The notes under the pieces: model-generated
What the model saw: the letters and a program-made list of their open reading frames with translations, nothing else
The model's database searches: none
What the model was told of the DNA's origin: nothing
NCBI RefSeq assembly: GCF_963921235.1
Contig: NC_086108.1
Coordinates: forward strand, 4,464,001-4,528,000
Origin: Mobula hypostoma
Taxonomy: Eukaryota
Reading direction: 5' to 3'
Length of the DNA stretch: 64,000 nt
Program-made: the position numbers and the translations under genes
Shown: positions 39,539 through 52,547 of the stretch, one piece after another
How the letters are laid out: each line of letters begins with the position of its first letter
Position numbering within the stretch: position 1 is the stretch's first letter

Positions 39539-40477
39539 AGTTAAAAAAATTCTTTGTCATCTCTGTTCTAAAGGGACGTCCCTCCATTCTGAGGCTGTGC
39601 CCTCTGGTCTTAGACTCCCCCTCGTAGAAACATCCTCTGCAAATCCGCTTCCAACGTTTAATATGTTTCACTGAGAAATACCGCTCCCCCATCCCACCAT
39701 TCTTCTCAATTCCATTACGGGCCCGGAGCCATCAAACACTCCTCGTATGAAAAGCTTTCCAGTCCTGATCCTGAAGAAGGGTCTCGGCCCAGAATGTCAT
39801 CTGTTTATTCCTCTCCGTAGATGCTGCCTGACCTGCCGAGCTCCTCCAGCATGTTGTGTGTGTTGCTTTGCTGATATTTCAGTGGAAGTGCTCCTGAACT
39901 CTCTCCTGTCCCGCCACACTGCTGCCATTCCCCGCTGCAGTGCTTCGCTACAGACAGGAAGCCGGCCGATGGGTATGGGTGCTGTTTACGTAGGAGTGGA
40001 GTAAATGTGGTGACAGGATTAGGCATCTTTTCACTGAGTCACCTTAGCTGCGGTATGCGCTGGGTGGCTTAGTGTGGGAGCGACGCACCAGGCTGCCCAG
40101 GTGAAAAGTCTGCGCACTCAGAAGCCCGCACAGGAGTAAAGAATATTGACTCACCCCGTGATCAGAGGGCTGCAAGCACACTGGCCACAATCTTCCAATC
40201 GATCTGATGCTGTTTGGGTGTCTTCTATTCCATCCCTGGAAGACAAATCTCTCCCTTCCCCTCCTGTCCTGGGTTCTGGTCAGAGGGCATACTGTTCCAC
40301 TCCCAGTCCAGATGCAGAGCTTTGACCTGAATGACAACAGCTCCCTCTACCCCTGCCACCCCACTGAGGCTGCTCTGAGTCGCCCTGGCAGATTGTTTGT
40401 TTGCTCCGGACTCTGGTGTCTGCAGTCTCTTCTCTGCTATACGTTCTGTTTGGGAAGGAGAAATATCACCCCCATTT

Positions 40478-41085
40478 CATAGAACAGAACAGTACAGCAC
40501 AGAAACAGGCCAATTGGCCCACAGTGTTGTGCTGAACCAGTTAAGAAGCAGATCAAAAACACCCAAACACTATTCCCTCCTACCTACACCATGTCCACAT
40601 CCCTCCACCTTCCTCACATCCACGTGCCTCTCCAAACGTCTCTTAAGAGCCTCTAATATATTTGCCTCTACCACCAGACCAGGCAGCACATTCCAGGCAT
40701 CCACCACTCTCTGAGTAAAAAACTTACCCCTCACATCCCCTTTGTACCTACCCCCTCTCACCCTCAATGCATGCCCTCTGGTATTAGACATTTCAACCCT
40801 GGGAAACAGATACTCTCTGTCCACTTGATCTTTGCCTGTCATAATCTTGTAAACCTCTATCAGATCTCTTGTCAGCTTCCGACACTCCAGAGAAAACAAC
40901 CCAAGTTTATCCAGCCTCTCACAATAGCACACGCTCTCTAAACCAGGCAGCATCCTGGTAAACCTCTTCTGCACCCTCTCCAAAGCCTCAACATCCTTCC
41001 TCTATTGGGGTGACCAGAACTGTTTGCGATACTCCAGATGTGATCTAACCAGAGTTTTATAAAGTTGAAACGTAACCTCCTGACT
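40478..41085 (-). mobile_element. CR1 LINE 3' fragment
   Basis: ORF 40570-40983 ERVQKRFTRMLPGL...FFTQRVVDAWNVLP. Confidence 0.92.
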
Positions 41086-41769
41086 TTTCCTTGGGGAAAA
41101 AAAGGGTGAGGAGACAATAATTCTGGAGGATGTTCCCATTCCCATAGCAAAGAGTTGTGATCCTGTGCATGGCCATCCCTACTGAGTTTTATACCAGCAG
41201 CACTGTGGCCCCTGAAGTCTCTGAAAACAATGCCTTTCTGGAAATTCCTCGAGAGTAAGATGAGCTTTATTTGTCACGTGTACATTGACGCATACAGTGC
41301 AATATGCCATTTGCATCAGAGCAAATCAGCCATTGTTGCACCGTGCAGCCTGCAAGCCTTGTCACATTTCTGGTCCCTAAATGTGTAGATCAGTGAAAAG
41401 AACACAACACCTGTGCTCTCTCCAAACCGTTTGCAGTCAGGGCTCACGAGGGATGCTGCTGGAATATTTAGGGGAGCAAATGCTTAGCGCGACGCATTTC
41501 TGTCCGCTGCTGATCATCCCGTCGAATCACTCGGCGCACGCGTCTGGCTGGGCTCCAGACCCACGGTCTGGCCGTGGATTCCGAACGTTCCCAGCCTCAG
41601 CATTTTCCAAGTAACTCTCGCCAGGAGAGCCCCGTCCACCCGCAGTGTTTGGGGACGGGCTCTTCGATCTCAGGGGGCTTCACACTTCCCGTACAATCAT
41701 AGAAATTTACAGTTGTGTTTGTGATGATTGGCTCGGCAAAGCACTGGTAAGCAGCTGCAGTTCTTCAAA

Positions 41770-43710
41770 GTCATCAGAATCAGGTTTAATATCACCAGCA
41801 AATGTCGTGAGATTTGTTGATTTTGTGGTAGCGGTATAATGCAGTACATAATAATTAAAACTACAAATTACAATAAGAAATGTATATAGAAACATAGAAA
41901 CATAGAAAATAGGTGCAGGAGTAGGCCATTCGGCCCTTCGAGCCTGCACCGCCATTTATTATGATCATGGCTGATCATCCAACTCAGAACCCAGCCTTCC
42001 CTCCATACCCCGTGACCCCTGTAGCCACAAGGGCCATATCTAACTTCCTTTTAAACATAGCTAATGAACTGGCCTCAACAGTTTGCTGTGGCAGAGAATT
42101 CCACAGATTCACCACTCTCTGTGTGAAGAAGTTTTTCCTAACCTCGGTCCTAAAAGGCTTCCCCTCTATCCTCAAACTGTGACCCCTCGTTCTAGACCTC
42201 CCCAACATCGGGAACAATCTTCCCGCATCTAGCCTGTCCAATCCCTTTAGGATCTTATACGTTTCAATCAGATCCCCCCTCAATCTTCTAAATTCCAACG
42301 AGTACAAGCCCAGTTCATCCAGTCTTTCTTCATATGAAAGACCTGCCATCCCAGGAATCAATCTGGTGAACCTTCTTTGTACTCCCTCTATGGCAAGGAT
42401 GTCTTTCCTCAGATTAGGGGACCAAAACTGCACACAATACTCCAGGTGTGGTCTCACCAAGGCCTTGTACAACTGCAGTAGTACCTCCCTGCTCCTGTAC
42501 TCGAATCCTCTCGCTATAAATGCCAGCATACCGTTCGCCTTTTTCACCGCCTGCTGTACCTGCATGCCCACTTTCAATGACTGGTGTATAATGACACCCA
42601 GGTCTCGTTGCACCTCCCCTTTTCCTAATCGGCCACCATTCAGATAATAATCTGTTTTCCTATTTTTGCCACCAAAGTGGATAACTTCACATTTATCCAC
42701 ATTAAATTGCATCTGCCATGAGTTTGCCCACTCACCCAACCTATCCAAGTCACCCTGCATCCTCTTAGCATCCTCCTCACTGCTAACACTGCCACCCAGC
42801 TTCGTGTCATCCGCAAACTTGGAGATGCTGCATTTAATTCCCTCATCCAAGTCATTAATATATATTGTAAACAACTGGGGTCCCAGCACTGAGCCTTGCG
42901 GTACCCCACTAGTCACCGCCAGCACTGAGCCTTGCGGTACCCCACTAGTCAATTAGAAACTAGAAAATTAATAAGCAGTGCAAAAAGAGAAAAGGAAGTA
43001 GTGAGGCAGTGTTGATGGGTTCAATGTCCATTCAGAAATCAGATGGCAGAGGGGAAGAAGCTGTTCCTGAATCGTTGAGTGTGTGTCTTCAGGCTCCTGT
43101 ACCTCCTTCCTGATGGTAGCAATGAGAACAAGGCATGCCCTGGGTGATGGGGGTCATTAATGATGGACGCTGCCTTTTTGAGGCATCGCTCCTTGAAGAT
43201 GTCCTGGATACTACAGAGGCCAGTGCCCCATGATGGAGCTGACTAACTTTACAACTCTCTGCAGCTTACTTCGATCCTGTGCAATAGCAACCCACCACCC
43301 ATACCAGACGGTGGTGCTCTCCACAGTACCTCTGTAGAAATTTGTGAGTGTTTTGGTGACAAACCAAATCTCCTCAAACTCCTAATGAAATATAGACACC
43401 GTTGTGCCTTCTTTGTAGCTGCAGCTGTATGTTAGGCTCAGGTTAATTCCTCAGAGATTTTGGCACCAGGAACTTGAGACTGCTCACTCTCTCCACATCT
43501 GATCCCTCTGAGGACTGGTGTGTGTTCCCTCATCTTACCCTTCCTGAAGTCCACAATCAGTCCTTTGGTCTTACTGACATGAGTGCAAGGTTGTTGCTGC
43601 AACACCACTCAACCAGCTGGTATGTCTCGCTCCTGTACGCCCTCTCATCACCACCTGAGATTCTGCCAACAATGGTTGTGTTGTCAGCAAATTTATAGAT
43701 GGCACTAGCT
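41770..43710 (-). mobile_element. DUF1891-type LINE split by the CR1 insertion
   Basis: IYKFADNTTIVGRISGGDERAYRSE at 43557-43700. The 3' UTR is present on both sides of the CR1 (41770-41887 and from 42952). Confidence 0.85.
41888..42951 (-). mobile_element. Young 5'-truncated CR1 LINE with uninterrupted 322-aa RT/C-terminal ORF
   Basis: SGVPQGSVLGPQLFTIYINDL, SKFADDTKLGG; tail (TTCTATGT)n. Interrupts a DUF1891 LINE. Confidence 0.96.
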
Positions 43711-43888
43711 GTGCCTAGCCAGGCAGTTGTGGCCGCAATCATCATGAGGAATGCTGAGACATCCAGCACTGAGTCATGTTTGCTACTCTCACTTTCAACT
43801 CAGTGGAGCTGGTGGCTTCCCACACTTTCAAACTCATCAGATTTAACTGGAAGGTTTACAATATTCTCTACCGTCCCTCCTTCCTTTC

Positions 43889-43926
43889 CAGTCCTGATGA
43901 AGGATCTCGGCCCAAAACGTCAACTG
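43889..43926 (+). ncRNA. Degenerate minimal hammerhead motif (Penelope-like terminus), G12>A
   Basis: CAGTC-CTGATGA-AGGATCTCGGCCC-AAAA-CG-TC-AACTG. Confidence 0.5.
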
Positions 43927-44021
43927 TTTCTTTATCTCTATAGACACTGCCTGACCTGCTGTGCTCCTCTACCACCTGTTGGATCCGATGATACGAATCC
44001 AGAGGTTCTTCACAAGTTAAC

Positions 44022-44600
44022 GTGTTTACTTACTGCCCATAACACTGCTGGGCAGCCACCAAGGTCCTCCACATCTCTCTCTGTCCTTGGCCTTCTTCTC
44101 TATTGTGCCCCAGGTGTGGTTCAGGGTCCTCATTTCTGTGCCTACGGTACGGTGCCAAATTGTCTGTGGTCTCCCACATTTCCTCCGCCCTCCAGGGGTT
44201 CAATGAAGTGCTGTCTTGATGATGGAGCTGGCCTCTCTTCTCATCACGTGCCCAACCCTTCTCCAACATTTCCTCATGATGATGGAGCTGGCCTCTCTTC
44301 TCATCACGTGCCCAACCCTTCTCCAACATTTCCTCATGATGGTTGTGACCATGTCCTCTTGGAGACACTGAAGGAGCAGGGTGTGGTTGGAGATCTTTCT
44401 TGTCCAGAAAATACAAAGGATCTTCCAGCGGCTCATGGTGTGGAATGACGACAGCTTGGCAAGATTGCTCTCTGTTGCGTTCCTGCATTCTGACCCGTAC
44501 AAGAGTGGGACAGAACACAGCTCCGGTACAGCCTCACCTTGGAGTGGACACTGTGCTTAGTTGATCCCCATATGTTGCTCGTTGATCTGGCGACGTTAAC
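44022..44600 (-). mobile_element. RTE-clade LINE 3' fragment with internal 60-bp duplication
   Basis: LLYGSECR...LAKLSSFHT...ILCIFWTRKISN...IMRKCWRRVGHVMRRE (twice); TAAG tail. Confidence 0.88.
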
Positions 44601-45558
44601 GTGGGAATCTCCTGTAATTTTTAGGTCTGCAGGCAGCGTGGACTGATGACAGCCATAATGGAATGGTGGAACAGACTCAGTGGAAGAATGGCCGAATTTT
44701 GCTCCTTTGGCTTATGGTCTTGTGGGTGGGACGGCTTGACCGGACTGGGTTAAATCACTCCTTGTATCACAGAATGGTTGCAACACCAGAGGCTTCATAG
44801 CTGGAACCTGTTACTATTTTCCCTTGAACTAACTCAATGCTCTCGTGTGATGAAATGATCTTTGTGTACAGCATACAACAAAAAAAGCTTTTGACTGTAA
44901 TGTAACCGGACTACAGCATCATCAATCAGGGTTCAGTCCCCGCCGTTGTCTGTCGGGGGTTTGCACGTTCTCCCCGTGACCTCACGGGTTTCATCCAGGT
45001 GCTCCAGTTTCCTGCCACATTCCAAAGACATGCGGGTTAGGATTAGTAACGTGGGCATTGGTGTGATGGCATCGGACGCTCGGGGGCCTCCCCAGCACAT
45101 CCTTGGGCAGAGTTCATTGTTGGCGCTGTTAAGCCTACTCTGGAGTTAGAGACAGGACACTCTCAACGGTGTTTCTGTAAAATGGGGGGGTGAGGGGGCC
45201 TCAGTTGCCTCGAGTTCCTCAGGAAGTGGAGACGCTGCTGTGTCTTCTTGTGCAGGGAGGCGATTTGAGGAACCAGGCGTGGTCATCAGTGAGGAGAACT
45301 CCCAGGAACTCTGTGCACTTAACTCTCTCTGTGGAGGTGCTACGTATTCACAGAGGGAGATGTCTTCATTTGCACCTTCCTGAAGCCCACAATGATTTCC
45401 TTGTACATGTATACGTGACAAATCTGAATCTGATTTGACCAGTGAAGGATTAAACTCAGGGTTGGTCCAATCCACTAGGTGGGTGGGAAGATGCCGTGGT
45501 TTCTGTTGTGAGGAGTTCGTCCCAATGATATGGGGAAATCTCTGTCCCTCTATCAGTA

Positions 45559-46060
45559 TGAGGGGTGATTGATAAGTTTGTGGCCTAAGGTAGAAGTCAA
45601 TTTTAGAAAACCTAGCACACTTATTTTTCCTACAGTTAAACACTTAGTCCAGCGGTCGTGGAGCATACGGATCCCTTCTTTGTAGAAGTCGGCATCTTGG
45701 ACCTCCAGAAAGTGGTCCACAGCAGGGGTGATAGATAAGTCAGCAGGGGTGATAGATAAGTTTGTGGCCTAAAGTACAAGGAAATGAGGAGAAACTTCAA
45801 ACTTGCTGCATTTTTACTCAGAGTTGAATTGAACGGGCACGTAACAAGAACTGTATAACTCACCTCCTTCTCCCTTAGGCCACAAACTTATCAATCACCC
45901 CTGCTGTGGACCACTTCTACAAAGAAGGGATCCGTATGCTCCATGACTGCTGGACTAAGTGTGTAAATGTAGGAGGGGACTATGTTGGAAAATAAATGTG
46001 CTAGGTTTTCTAAAATTGACTCCTTCTACCTTAGGCCACGAACTTATCAATCACCCCTCA
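45559..46060. mobile_element. Non-autonomous mariner derivative, ~500-bp palindrome
   Basis: TA TSD at 45557-45558 and 46061-46062. TIR TGAGGGGTGATTGATAAGTTTGTGGCCTAAGG. Arms encode a mariner C-terminus FYKEGIRMLHDCWTKCVNVGGDYV. Confidence 0.9.
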
Positions 46061-46249
46061 TAAATAGACTGGTTGCTATTATGTGTGTGTGTGAAACAGT
46101 TTTCATGTGTGTGTGCACACATGTGTGATTAAAGATTTAATATAATATTTATTTACATATAGTGCAGAAAAGGTCCTCCTGGCCTTTCAAACCATGCCGC
46201 CCAGCATTACCCCCTGTTTAATCGCCCAGAGGACACAGCCTCAGAATGG

Positions 46250-46850
46250 TTAGTTAGTTACTGCCTGTTACGCCGCTGGTGCTTGGGGCAGCGATGGAGG
46301 TCCTCCATCTCTGTCTGTCTTTGGCCATTTTGTGCCCCAGGAGTGGCTCAGGGGCCTCATTTCTGCATCTACAGTACAGTGCCAGGTTGTCTTTGGTCTC
46401 CCCTATTTCCTCCGCCCTTCAGGGGTCCAGTGAAGATCTGTCTTGACAACGGAGTAGGCCTCTCTTCTCATCTTGTGCCCAACCCAACCCATCTCCAACA
46501 TTTCCTTGTGATGATTGTGGCCCTGTCCTCTTGGTGACATTGAACGACTAGCATGTGGTTGGAGATCTTTCTTGGCCAGAAAATTCTGAGGATCTTCCAG
46601 AGGGTCATGGTGTGGAATGACAAGGTCACTCTCTGACAAGCTTGGCAAGGTCACTCCCTGTCATGCACCGTACAGGAGTGTGGACAGAACACAGTTCTGG
46701 TACAACTTCACCTTGGAGTGGACGCTGTACTTGGTTGATCCCCATAGGTTGCTCATTGATCCTGAGTCTGCACTGGATGTTGTCCTCGGTCCCACCATTC
46801 TGCCAGGTAGGTGAATCTGCTGGTGTTGGTTAAGTTGATGCCATAAGTTC
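46250..46850 (-). mobile_element. RTE-clade LINE 3' fragment
   Basis: Homologous to 44022-44600. GHKMRREAYSVVKTDLHWTPEGRRK. Confidence 0.85.
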
Positions 46851-46969
46851 TGGTGGGAGGAAGAGACTCTACATGGAGGGTTGTGGTCTCAGTCTTTCTC
46901 TGGTTAACTCCAAATTCAACTTGTCCAAGAAAAAGGTATAAAATCTGGTGTTATGGTTATTCAATAGAT

Positions 46970-47700
46970 ATTCAAAGTTCAAGGTAAATTTATTATCTAA
47001 GTACGTATATCTCACCAGATACAACCTTGAGATTAATTTTCTTGCTGGCATTCAGAAATATGATAGAATCACGGAAAAACTTCACGCAAATACTGACAAA
47101 CAACCGTAGTCCAAAATAAGACAAACTGTGCAAATGCAAAAAAAATAATAGTCATAGTCATAGTCATACTTTATTGATCACGGGGGAAATTGGTTTTCGT
47201 TACAGTTGCACCATAAATAATTAAATAGTAATAAGACCATAAATAGTTAAATAATAATATGTAAATTATGCCAGGAAATAAGTCCAGGACCAGCCTATTG
47301 GCTCAGGGTGTCTGACCCTCCAAGGGAGGAGTTGTAAAGTTTGATGGCCACAGGCAGGAATGACTTTCTATGATGCTCTGTGTTGCATCTCGGTGGAATG
47401 AGTCTCTGGCTGAATGTACTATAATACTGTATAAGTTAATAAATAAAACTGAGGACATGAGTTGTGGAGTCCTTCAAAGTGAGTCCCTAAGAATGTAGAG
47501 GTGCTGCAATGCCTTCGTTGTAATGGCACTTGCGCGATAGACCCAGGACAGATCCTCTGAAGTGATAACACCAAGGAATTTAAAGTCACTCATCCTCTCC
47601 ACCTCCAGTCCCCTAATGAGGACTGGTTTATGGACCTCACCAATTCCTTCCTCCTGTCGTTAATAATCAGCTCTTTGGCTTTGCTGACATTGAGAGAGAA
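46970..47700 (-). mobile_element. Degenerate DUF1891-type LINE with a second LINE 3' end inserted at ~47148-47420
   Basis: Typical TTCAAAGTTCAAGGTAAATTTATT end. The insert has an (ATAGTC)n tail and HRKSFLPVAIKLYNS on the minus strand. Confidence 0.65.
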
Positions 47701-48544
47701 AGGTTGCTAACATTGCATTTGCCGTCCTCACCGCTGACTCAACCTGCAAGTTAACCTTTTAGGGAATCCCGAACAAGGACTCCCAGGTCCCTTTGCACTT
47801 TGGATTTTTGAATTTCTCTCCATTTAGAAAATGGTCTTTGCTTTTACTCCTTCCACCAAGGTGCATGACCAACCATTTTCAGCCAGAGGGTGGTGAATAT
47901 GTGGAATCTGTTGCCACAGCCAGCTGTGGAGGCCAAGTCATTACATATATTTAAGGCAAAGAATGATAGATTCTTGATTAGTTTGGGCATGAAGGGTTAT
48001 GGGGAGAAGTCAGGAGATTGGGGCTGAGAGGGAAAATGGATCAGCCATGATGAAATGGGCCAAATGGCCCAACTCTGCTCCTGTATCGTACGGTCTAGGA
48101 CCACACATTCCCCGACATTGTATTCCACCTGCCACTTCTTTGCCTATTCTTCTGATCTGTCTAACTGTCTTAAGTCCTTCTGCAGTCTCCCTGCTTCCTC
48201 AGCACCACCCACCCCTCCACCAATCTCTGTATTGTCTGCAAACTTGGCCATAAAGCCACGTAAAAGGAAGCGGTCTGGACACCAACCCTTGTGGAATACC
48301 ACTCGTCACCCACAGCCAATCAGAAAAGGCTCCCTTTACTCCCAACTCTCTGCCTCCTGCCATTCGGCTAATCCCCTATCCACGTTGTCAGCAAACTAAA
48401 CGATGTTACAAGAACGAAGAGAGAAAGACAAAGAACAAAGATGTCGAGGCAATCTCGTACTCAGACTAGAGCATAAAGGCACGTTTCACTGATAAAGACG
48501 TAATCCATGAAGCAGCCATTTTCAGTAGTGTGACATAGGCATTC

Positions 48545-49086
48545 TTCTAGGGTGCATCACAACCTGGTATGGAAGTTGTCCTGTCCAAGACCGAAAGAAG
48601 CTGCAGAAGATCGTGAACACGGCGCAGCACATCACATAAACCAATCTTCCGTCCTTGGACTCACTTTACACCGCACGCTGTCGGAGCAGTGCTGCCAGGA
48701 TAATCAAGGACACCACCCACCCAGCCAACACACTTTTCGTCCCTCTTCCCTCCAGGAGAAGGCTCAGGAGCTTGAAGACTCGTACGGCCAGATTTGGGAA
48801 CAGCTTCTTTCCAACTGTGATAAGACTGCTGAACGGATCCTGACCCGGATCTGGGCCGTACCCTCCAAATATCCGGACCTGCCTCTCGGTTTTTTTACAC
48901 TACCTTACTTTCCATTTTTCTATTTTCTATTTATGATTTATTATTTAAATTTTTAATATTTACTAATTTTTACTATTTTTAATATTTAATATTTGTAATC
49001 CAGGGAGCGGGAAGCGCAGAATCAAATATTGCTGTGATGATTGTACGTTCTAGTACCAATTGTTTGGCGACAATAAAGTATAAAGT
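48545..49086 (+). mobile_element. DUF1891-type LINE 3' end
   Basis: GCITTWYG...AARIIKDTTHP...RTARFGNSFFPTVIRLLN; tail CAATAAAGTATAAAGT. Confidence 0.88.
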
Positions 49087-49291
49087 GTAGGCTGCAGGGA
49101 AACTTCTAGAAAAGTAAGAATCAGCTCCAGTACATTTCCTGGAAATTCACTGAACAATCACTCGCATATAGGCAATTGCGTAAAATAAGCACAGGAAAGT
49201 TAAACTACAAGGAAAAATAACAACTCTACCCCCTAAACCAACTCACCTTTTAAAAACACAAACAAGAGGAAATCTGCAGTTGCTGGAAATC

Positions 49292-50110
49292 CAGAGTAAC
49301 ACACACAAAATGCTGGAGGAACTCAGCAGATCAGACAGTGTCGATGGTCAGAGTAACACACACAAGATGCTGGAGGAACTCAGCGGGTCAGACAGTGTCG
49401 ATGGTCAGAGTAACACACACAAAATGCTGGAGGAACTCAGCGGGTCAGACAGATCGATGGTCAGAGCAACACACACAAAATGCTGGAGGAACTCAGCAGA
49501 TCAGACAGTGTCGATGGTCAGAGTAACACACACAAAATGCTGGAGGAACTCAGCAGATCAGACAGTGTCGATGGTCAGAGTAACACACACAAGATGCTGG
49601 AGGAACTCAGCGGGTCAGACAGTGTCGATGGTCAGAGTAACACACACAAAATGCTGGAGGAACTCAGCAGATCAGACAGTGTCGATGGTCAGAGTAACAC
49701 ACACAAGATGCTGGAGGAACTCAGCGGGTCAGACAGTGTCGATGGTCAGAGTAACACACACAAAATGCTGGAGGAACTCAGCGGGTCAGACAGATCGATG
49801 GTCAGAGCAACACACACAAAATGCTGGAGGAACTCAACAGGTCAGACAGTGTCGATGGTCAGAGTAACACACACAGAATGCCAGAGGAACTCAACAGGTC
49901 AGACAGTGTCGATGGTCAGAGCAACACAGACAAAATGCTGGAGGAACTCAGCAGGTCAGACAGTGTCAATGGTCGGAGTAACACACACAAAATGTTGGAG
50001 GAACTCAGCAGGTCAGACAGTGTCTGAGGTCAGAGTAACACACACAAAATGCTGGAGCAACTCAGCAGGTCAGACAGTGTCTATGGACAGAGCAACACAC
50101 ACAAAATGCT
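49292..50110. repeat. 57-bp tandem array (~14 units) derived from a Penelope-like terminus
   Basis: Unit CAGAGTAACACACACAAAATGCTGGAGGAACTCAGCAGATCAGACAGTGTCGATGGT, with starts at 49292, 49349, 49406 and onward. Confidence 0.95.
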
Positions 50111-50299
50111 GAATTCAGTAGGCCAGGCAGCAGCTATGGAAAAAAGGACCTTCCGAAGGGTCTCAGCCTGAAACGTCGACTGTCTTTTTTCCAGAGATGC
50201 TGCCTGGCCTGCTGAGTTCCTCCAACATTTTGAGTGTGTTGTACACATCTTGTAAAAAAAATGAACTATAAGTGTGTTACAGTAATAATAGGAATAATT

Positions 50300-50733
50300 G
50301 GAGAGGTTCAAAGGAGGTGCATGAAAATGGCTCTGGGATTGAAGGACTTGTCGTATGAGAAGTGTTTGATGGCTCTTGGCCTCTACTCACTGGAATTCAG
50401 AAGAATTGTGGGGGGGGGTGGAGATCTCATTGAAACCTATCGAACATTGAAAGGCCTCAATAGAGTGGATGTGGAGAGAGTGTTTCCTATGGTGGGAGAG
50501 TCCAAGACCAGAGGACATAGCTTCGGAATAGAGGGGCATTCTTTTAGAACGGAGATGACAAAGAATTTCTTTAGCTAGAGAGTGGTGAACCTGTGGAATT
50601 TGTTACCACAGGCAGCTGTGGAGGCCAAGGCATTGGGCATACTTAAGGCAGACGTTGATAGTTTCTTGATTAGTCAGGCATGAAGGGATATGGGGAGAAG
50701 GCTAGAGATTGGGGCTGAGAGGGAAAATGGATC
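50300..50733 (+). mobile_element. Older CR1 3' fragment, host of a nested CR1; resumes at 52548-52630
   Basis: GLYSLEFRRI...KTRGHSFGI; its 3' UTR is interrupted at ATGGATC. Confidence 0.88.
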
Positions 50734-52547
50734 TACAGTTATATTAATAGCAAAAGGATAGTGAGGGATAAAATTGGTCCCTTAGAGAATCAGAGTGGAC
50801 AGCTATATTCAGAGCCAAAAGAGATGGGGGAGATATTGAACAATTTCTTTTCTTCTGTATTCACTAAGGAGAAGGATATTGAATTGTGTAAGGTAAGGGA
50901 AACAAGTAGGGTAGTTATGGAACGTATGACGATTAAAGAAGAGGAAGTACTGGCACTTTTAAGGAATATAAAAGTGGATAAGTCTCCGGGTCCGGACAAG
51001 ATATTCCCTAGGACCTTGAGGGAAGCTAGTGTGGAAATAGCAGGGGCACTGACAGAAATATTTCAAATATCATTAGAAACGGGGATGGTGCCGGAGGATT
51101 GGCGTATTGCTCATGTGGTTCCATTGTTTAAAAAGGGTTCTAAGAGTAAATCTAGCAATTATCGGCCTATGCGTTTGACGTCAGTGGTGGGTAAATTGAT
51201 GGAAAGTATTCTTAGAGATGGCATATATAATTATCTGGATAGACAGGGTCTGATTAGGAACAGTCAACATGGATTTGTGCGTGGAAGGTCATGTTTGACA
51301 AATCTTATTGAATTTTTTGATGAGGTTACTAGGAAAGTTGACAAGGGTAAAGCGCGTGTTGTCTATATGGACTTCAGTAAGGCCCTTGACAAGGTTCCAC
51401 ACGGAAGGTTAGTTAGGAAGGTTCAATCGTTAGGCATTAATATTGAAGTAGTAAAATGGATTCAGCAGTGGCTAGATGGGAGACACCAGAGAGTAGTGGT
51501 GGATAACTGTTTATCAGATTGGAGGCCAGTGACTAGTGGTGTGCCTCAGGAATCTGTACTGGGTCCAATGTTGTTTGTCATATATATTAATGATCTGGAT
51601 GATGGGATGGTAAATTGGATTAGTAAGTATGCAGATGAAACTAAGATAGGTGGCGTTGCGGATAATGAAGTAGGTTTTCAAAGCTTGCAGAGAGATTTAG
51701 GCCAGTTAGAAGAGTGGGCTGAAAGATGGCAGATGGAGTTTAATGCTGATAAGTGTGAGGTGCTACATTTTGGTAGGACTAATCAAAATAGGACATGCAT
51801 GGTAAATGGTAGGTCATTGAAGAATGCTGTAGAACAGAGGGATCTAAGAATAATGGTGCATAGTTCCCTGAAGGTGGAATCTCATGTGGATAGGGTGGTG
51901 AAGAAAGCTTTTGGTATGTTGGCCTTTTTATTAATGAAAGCATTGAGTATAGGAGTTGGGATGTAATGTTGAAATTGTATAAGGCATTGCTAAGACCAAA
52001 TTTGGAGTATTGTGTACAGTTCTGGTCACCGAATTATAGGAATGATGTCAATAAAATTAAGAGAGTCCAAAGGAGATTTACTAAAATGTTGTCTGGGTTT
52101 CAGCTCCTAAGTTACAGAGAAAGGTTGAACAAGTTAGGTCTTTATTCTTTGGAGCATAGAAGGTTGAGGGGGAACTTGATAGAGGTGTTTAAAATTATGA
52201 GGGGGATTGATAGAGTTCACGTGGATAGGCTTTGTCCATTGAGAATGGGGGAGATTCAAACAAGAGGACATGAGTTGAGAGTTAAAGGGCAAAAGTTTAG
52301 GGGTAACATGAGGGGGAACTTCTTTACTCAGAGAGTGGTGGCTGTGTGGAACGAGCTTCCAGCAGAAGTGGTTGAGGCAGGTTTGATGTTGTCATTTAAA
52401 GTTAAGTTGGACAGCTATATGGACAGGAAAGTAATAGAGGGTTATGGGCTGAGTGCAGGTCGGTGGGACTAGGTGAGAGTAAGAGTTCAGCACGGACTAG
52501 AAGGGGCGAGATGGCCTGTTTCCATGCTGTAATTGTTGTATGGTTAT
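50734..52547 (+). mobile_element. 1.8-kb 5'-truncated CR1 LINE, RT domain with one frameshift near 51930
   Basis: ORFs 50761-51966 and 51966-52472: KSPGPD, SQHGFVRGRSCLTNL, YADETK. 7-bp TSD ATGGATC at 50727-50733 and 52548-52554. Confidence 0.96.

Noticed and set aside
38866..39540. 224-aa Pro/Leu/Ser-rich ORF
   Set aside because: Translation of the polypyrimidine tract.
41052..41075. ccag|AG TTT TAT AAA reading QFYK, like the mammalian DPF1 variable segment
   Set aside because: It is the antisense strand of a CR1 LYKTLVR motif and hits a stop after a few codons.
45915..46000. FYKE peptide as a DPF1 exon
   Set aside because: Belongs to the mariner transposase C-terminus inside the TA-flanked element.
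49280..50112. ~200-aa repetitive ORFs (MLEELSRSDSVDGQSNTHK)n
   Set aside because: Result of a 57-bp (3x19) array from a non-coding Penelope-like terminus, with frameshifting units.
50761..52472. Functional or domesticated reverse transcriptase gene
   Set aside because: 5'-truncated, lacks the endonuclease, is frameshifted, has YADD changed to YADE, and is flanked by a TSD.
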